Source: an uncultured Deinococcaceae bacterium (GTDB lineage: Bacteria > Deinococcota > Deinococci > Deinococcales > Deinococcaceae). Taken from it: a stretch of 21,595 bases of DNA. A program made the position numbers and the translations under genes. Below the pieces are notes generated by a model, which saw only the letters and a list, made by a program, of their open reading frames with translations, was not told where the DNA came from and made no database searches. Below are positions 18,937 to 21,595 of the stretch, in pieces; position 1 is the first letter of the stretch; each line of letters begins with the position of its first letter. The stretch lies in NCBI GenBank assembly GCA_964252075.1, contig CAXULY010000065.1:1-21595 (forward strand), written 5' to 3'.

Positions 18937-19617
18937 GGGTTCCTCCCCATGGGCAGGTGGGCGCTGCCCAACTCCACCATTTAAAACTCACTTTGAGGTC
19001 GCGCAGGTGTGACGGTCCAAACCGCGGTATTACACGTCCTCTTCACCTCAACAGCGCGGCCACGCAATCTAGGTCCGCTGAAGGCTGCGTCACCGTAACC
19101 TGACGTCTTCGCCGTGCGCGGGTATGGCTTAGCTGCCGCCGCTGTGTCTCCGCGCTGATTCCGGCATGACGGTCGAGCCCATCCATTCGGTGGACTGGAG
19201 GAGGCTGGTGCCCTTCCGTTGATTCAGGTCGGTGCGTATCTGACGCCACGTTGGCCCGGATTAGCGCTCGAAGTCGATACGGTGACCACCATTGACAAAA
19301 AGACGTCCACACAGGGCGGAACTGCGGGCACCCCACAGGGCGGGACGCGAGATCACCATCAGGGGCACAGACGCAGGACTGCCCACCGTGGTGAATTCCA
19401 CGCGCAACGCAACAAGGATGACCTCTCCTAAAGGGTAGATCTGGCCTCTCGTGGTGTCGCGCGGCGCTCACGATCGCCGCAGCCACGACGTGTGTAACAG
19501 GAGACTCCTTTTATATTCGTGCAGCAATCACGCCCCAACCAGCAGCAGAACAATCCCGGCACGCTGGTCGGGCTGCCGTTACTGCTGCGTGCGACCTGAA
19601 CGGCGTGCACGTGAAGC

Positions 19618-19843
19618 TCAGCCGCCCGCCATTCGGGTCGCGCGCCACCTGCGGATCTGGGCTAGCAGGCAGCTTTCGGTCGGCTCGGGCGGCTGCACCA
19701 CGGCCCGCACCGTGAAGCGGTGCGGGCCGCTGATGACGAGGCGCGCAGCCGGGATCAGCTGGGCGACCTCGCGCCAGCTGATCCCATACCCTTCGGCCGT
19801 AAGGGGGCGGGCACAGACGTGCGCGCGAGGTCGGTCGTGCTAG
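19618..19843 (-). pseudogene. 3' fragment of a gene interrupted by the IS (…LTAEGYGISWREVAQLIPAARLVISGPHRFTVRAVV…*)
   Basis: GC3-biased frame with no start codon, beginning at the CTAG insertion site; additional frameshift in the C-run near 19805. Confidence 0.5.
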
Positions 19844-19858
19844 GAGGTGTAGGCCAAG

Positions 19859-19889
19859 GATAGCGGCTCACGAAGAGCCGCTATCTTTT
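19859..19889 (+). terminator. Intrinsic terminator-like hairpin just inside the IS left end
   Basis: GATAGCGGCTC-acgaa-GAGCCGCTATC perfect 11-bp stem followed by TTTT. Confidence 0.75.
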
Positions 19890-19893
19890 CGAG

Positions 19894-20697
19894 CTGTGCC
19901 GTGACGAAATCACCGACGCGCAGTGGTCACGCCTCCTTCCACTGCTGCCTCCGCAACAAGGCAACGGTCGCCCGTACTTCGATCATCGCCCTATTGTCAG
20001 TGGCATCCTCTGGATGCTTCGAACCGGCGCTCCTTGGCGAGATGTTCCTGGGCGCTTCGGCAGATGGACGACCATCTACAGCCGCTTCCGCCGCTGGACC
20101 ACCCGAGGCGTATGGCAACGTATCTTCGAAGCACTGTTGCGTCAAGCGGATCAAGAAGGTCGCTTGGACTGGTCGAAGCACGTTGTTGATGGCACCATCG
20201 TTCGCGCTCATGTCAGCGCTGCCGGAGCCAAAGGTGGACACCAGCGTGAAGCGCTCGGACGATGCCGAGGTGGCTTCAGCACCAAGATCCACCTGCGGGC
20301 AGAAGGCAACGGAAAGCCCTTCGCATTCGTACTCAGTGGCGGCGAACGGCACGAAGCAGCCTTCTTCAACGACTTGGTGCAGCAAGGAGCCGTGCGGCGT
20401 GCAGGGCGAGGTCGACCGAGAACGCGGCCAGGGACATTGGTGGGTGACCGAGGCTACAGCTACGACCGCATTCGACGCTTCTTGTGGCGACGTGGCATCC
20501 GCGTCGTCATTCCTCGTCGCCGCGATCAGCGTCCGGGGCTTGACTTCGACTCGACGACATACCGCGAACGGAATCGTGTAGAACGCTTGGTCGGTCAGCT
20601 CAAGCGTTTTCGACGTGTCGCTACACGGTACGAAAAGCGTGCGGCGAGCTATCTCGGGCTGCTAACGGTGGTGGCCATCCTGCTTTGGGTGAAGTAG
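19894..20697 (+). CDS. IS5 family DDE transposase (single frame, ~267 aa; no canonical start before the conserved N-terminus)
   Basis: RDEITDAQW..L.PLLP...GRP, GILWMLRTGAPWRD.P.RFG.W.T.Y.RF.RW, VDGTIVRAH, VGDRGY, YRERNRVER...LKRFRRVATRYEK. Confidence 0.9.
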   Translation: MCRDEITDAQWSRLLPLLPPQQGNGRPYFDHRPIVSGILWMLRTGAPWRDVPGRFGRWTTIYSRFRRWTTRGVWQRIFEALLRQADQEGRLDWSKHVVDGTIVRAHVSAAGAKGGHQREALGRCRGGFSTKIHLRAEGNGKPFAFVLSGGERHEAAFFNDLVQQGAVRRAGRGRPRTRPGTLVGDRGYSYDRIRRFLWRRGIRVVIPRRRDQRPGLDFDSTTYRERNRVERLVGQLKRFRRVATRYEKRAASYLGLLTVVAILLWVK

Positions 20698-20722
20698 GTT
20701 CGGCGCATCGAGATACCCGGCC

Positions 20723-20959
20723 TCAAGTTGCAGGCCGACCGCGTGGGACATCGAAGGTTACCTTGACGACCATTTTCTTATCTTCACGTGGGCTGAGATC
20801 GCACACAGCGCCGACTGACGCCGAGAGCGTCATCAAACCCCACCTTCCGTCCGTCCATAAGATCCAAATGGCAACGTCGAGGGGCACGCCAGTGTCGAGC
20901 AACGCACGCAACTCCTGCTCAAATTGCGGGTCACGCCAGGACACGCGAAACACGGACAT
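20723..20959 (-). CDS. IS passenger protein of unknown function (78 aa)
   Basis: Intact ORF between the transposase stop and the IRR; ATG 5 nt after TAGGCT (20970-20965). Confidence 0.7.
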   Translation of the reverse strand: MSVFRVSWRDPQFEQELRALLDTGVPLDVAIWILWTDGRWGLMTLSASVGAVCDLSPREDKKMVVKVTFDVPRGRPAT

Positions 20960-20995
20960 ACCTCAGCCTAACGGAAGCGGCTTGGCCGACACGAC

Positions 20996-21041
20996 CTAGG
21001 CGGACGAGCAGCGGCAGCAGCGCGAGGCAGCGGTGCGGCAT
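20996..21041 (-). pseudogene. 5' fragment (MPHRCLALLPLLVRL) of the IS-interrupted gene
   Basis: ATG 21041 runs 15 codons to the CTAG; joined to 19839 it reads MPHRCLALLPLLVRLARPTSRARLC. Confidence 0.45.
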
Positions 21042-21595
21042 ACGTGGATGCCTGCGGAGACGCGTAATGCGAATTTGATACGTCGGCACTGTGGGCATGT
21101 GTTCCTACCCGTGCGTCCGTCGATGCATCCCATCCAAAACCCGCGTGTGGTCCGCAGTCCTATAGCTTAGCGATCCTCCGGGCTCATGAACAGCGCCTTT
21201 TGCCTTGGCTAGCGGTTTACGTCGCTCCACGTTGGAGTCTGGCTGGACGTCATGCCGAGGGCTCTATCGCCTGGCAGCAGTCAGGAGGTGACGTGGAATG
21301 CACCACGCTTCTATGAGGACGGCACCACATCGTCGGCGACGCTGGCGTCATTTAGGAGCAAATTGATGCCAAGACGAATTCACTGGCGGTGTACCTTATG
21401 CGCTGACATTTGCCGCCCACACATTGATTGTCATGCAGTCAGCAATAGTCTGGGTAGACGTATTTACTCGCTGAACAGACCGCACCGTGTCATGCCTTGT
21501 TGATACGGATCCGGCACCATTTGATGTAATCCAAGGTCCATCTACTGATCCTCGGGTTGATTACGCTGCACCGACAAGACGACGCACCCCAGCCA

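Larger units (their letters stand above)
19844..20995 (+). mobile_element. IS5-family insertion sequence (1152 bp) carrying a passenger gene
   Basis: IRL GAGGTGTAGGCCAAG (19844-19858) and IRR CTTGGCCGACACGAC (20981-20995) match 12/15; CTAG direct repeats at 19840-19843 and 20996-20999. Confidence 0.85.

Noticed and set aside
19219..19431. 70-aa ORF after GGAGGAGG
   Set aside because: RBS spacing is poor and the coding signal appears to switch frames; at most an unassignable remnant.
19701..19745. Hairpin followed by CTGATGA, resembling a hammerhead ribozyme core
   Set aside because: No stem II-GAAA downstream and no NUH triplet before the stem; the heptamer is explained by codons on the opposite strand.
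21060..21595. Lower-GC terminal segment with ORF 21252-21503
   Set aside because: No protein-like signal or start motif; context is cut by the window edge.
1..21595. CRISPR array, tRNA or rRNA genes
   Set aside because: No regularly spaced direct repeats, cloverleaf signatures or rRNA-like sequence were seen.

Overview
GC-rich bacterial accessory region, probably Deinococcus-like. That assignment is an inference from the many genes starting 5-6 nt after a TAnnnT -10 box (leaderless pattern), two DinB paralogs and an IS5-family element. It is a patchwork of mostly single genes: several small hypotheticals, an orphan CheB methylesterase with a C-terminal Cys/His motif, a TetR + TetX-like FAD monooxygenase operon with a perfect 37-bp double-palindrome operator, a single-domain response regulator, RibD-C/DHFR-like, VOC, NIPSNAP and membrane proteins, a secreted 7-repeat beta-propeller divergent from a LysR regulator, two DinB proteins, an MFS exporter, a possible GhoS/DUF2622-like protein, and a lipoprotein followed by a frameshifted lipoprotein pseudogene. 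The most unusual element is a 1152-bp IS5-family element (19844-20995, CTAG duplication) that split a host gene and carries a 78-aa passenger gene with its own promoter inside the inverted repeats. A 188-bp MITE-like relic with related ends lies at 14146-14333. All family calls come from motif recognition by eye; no database searches were run.
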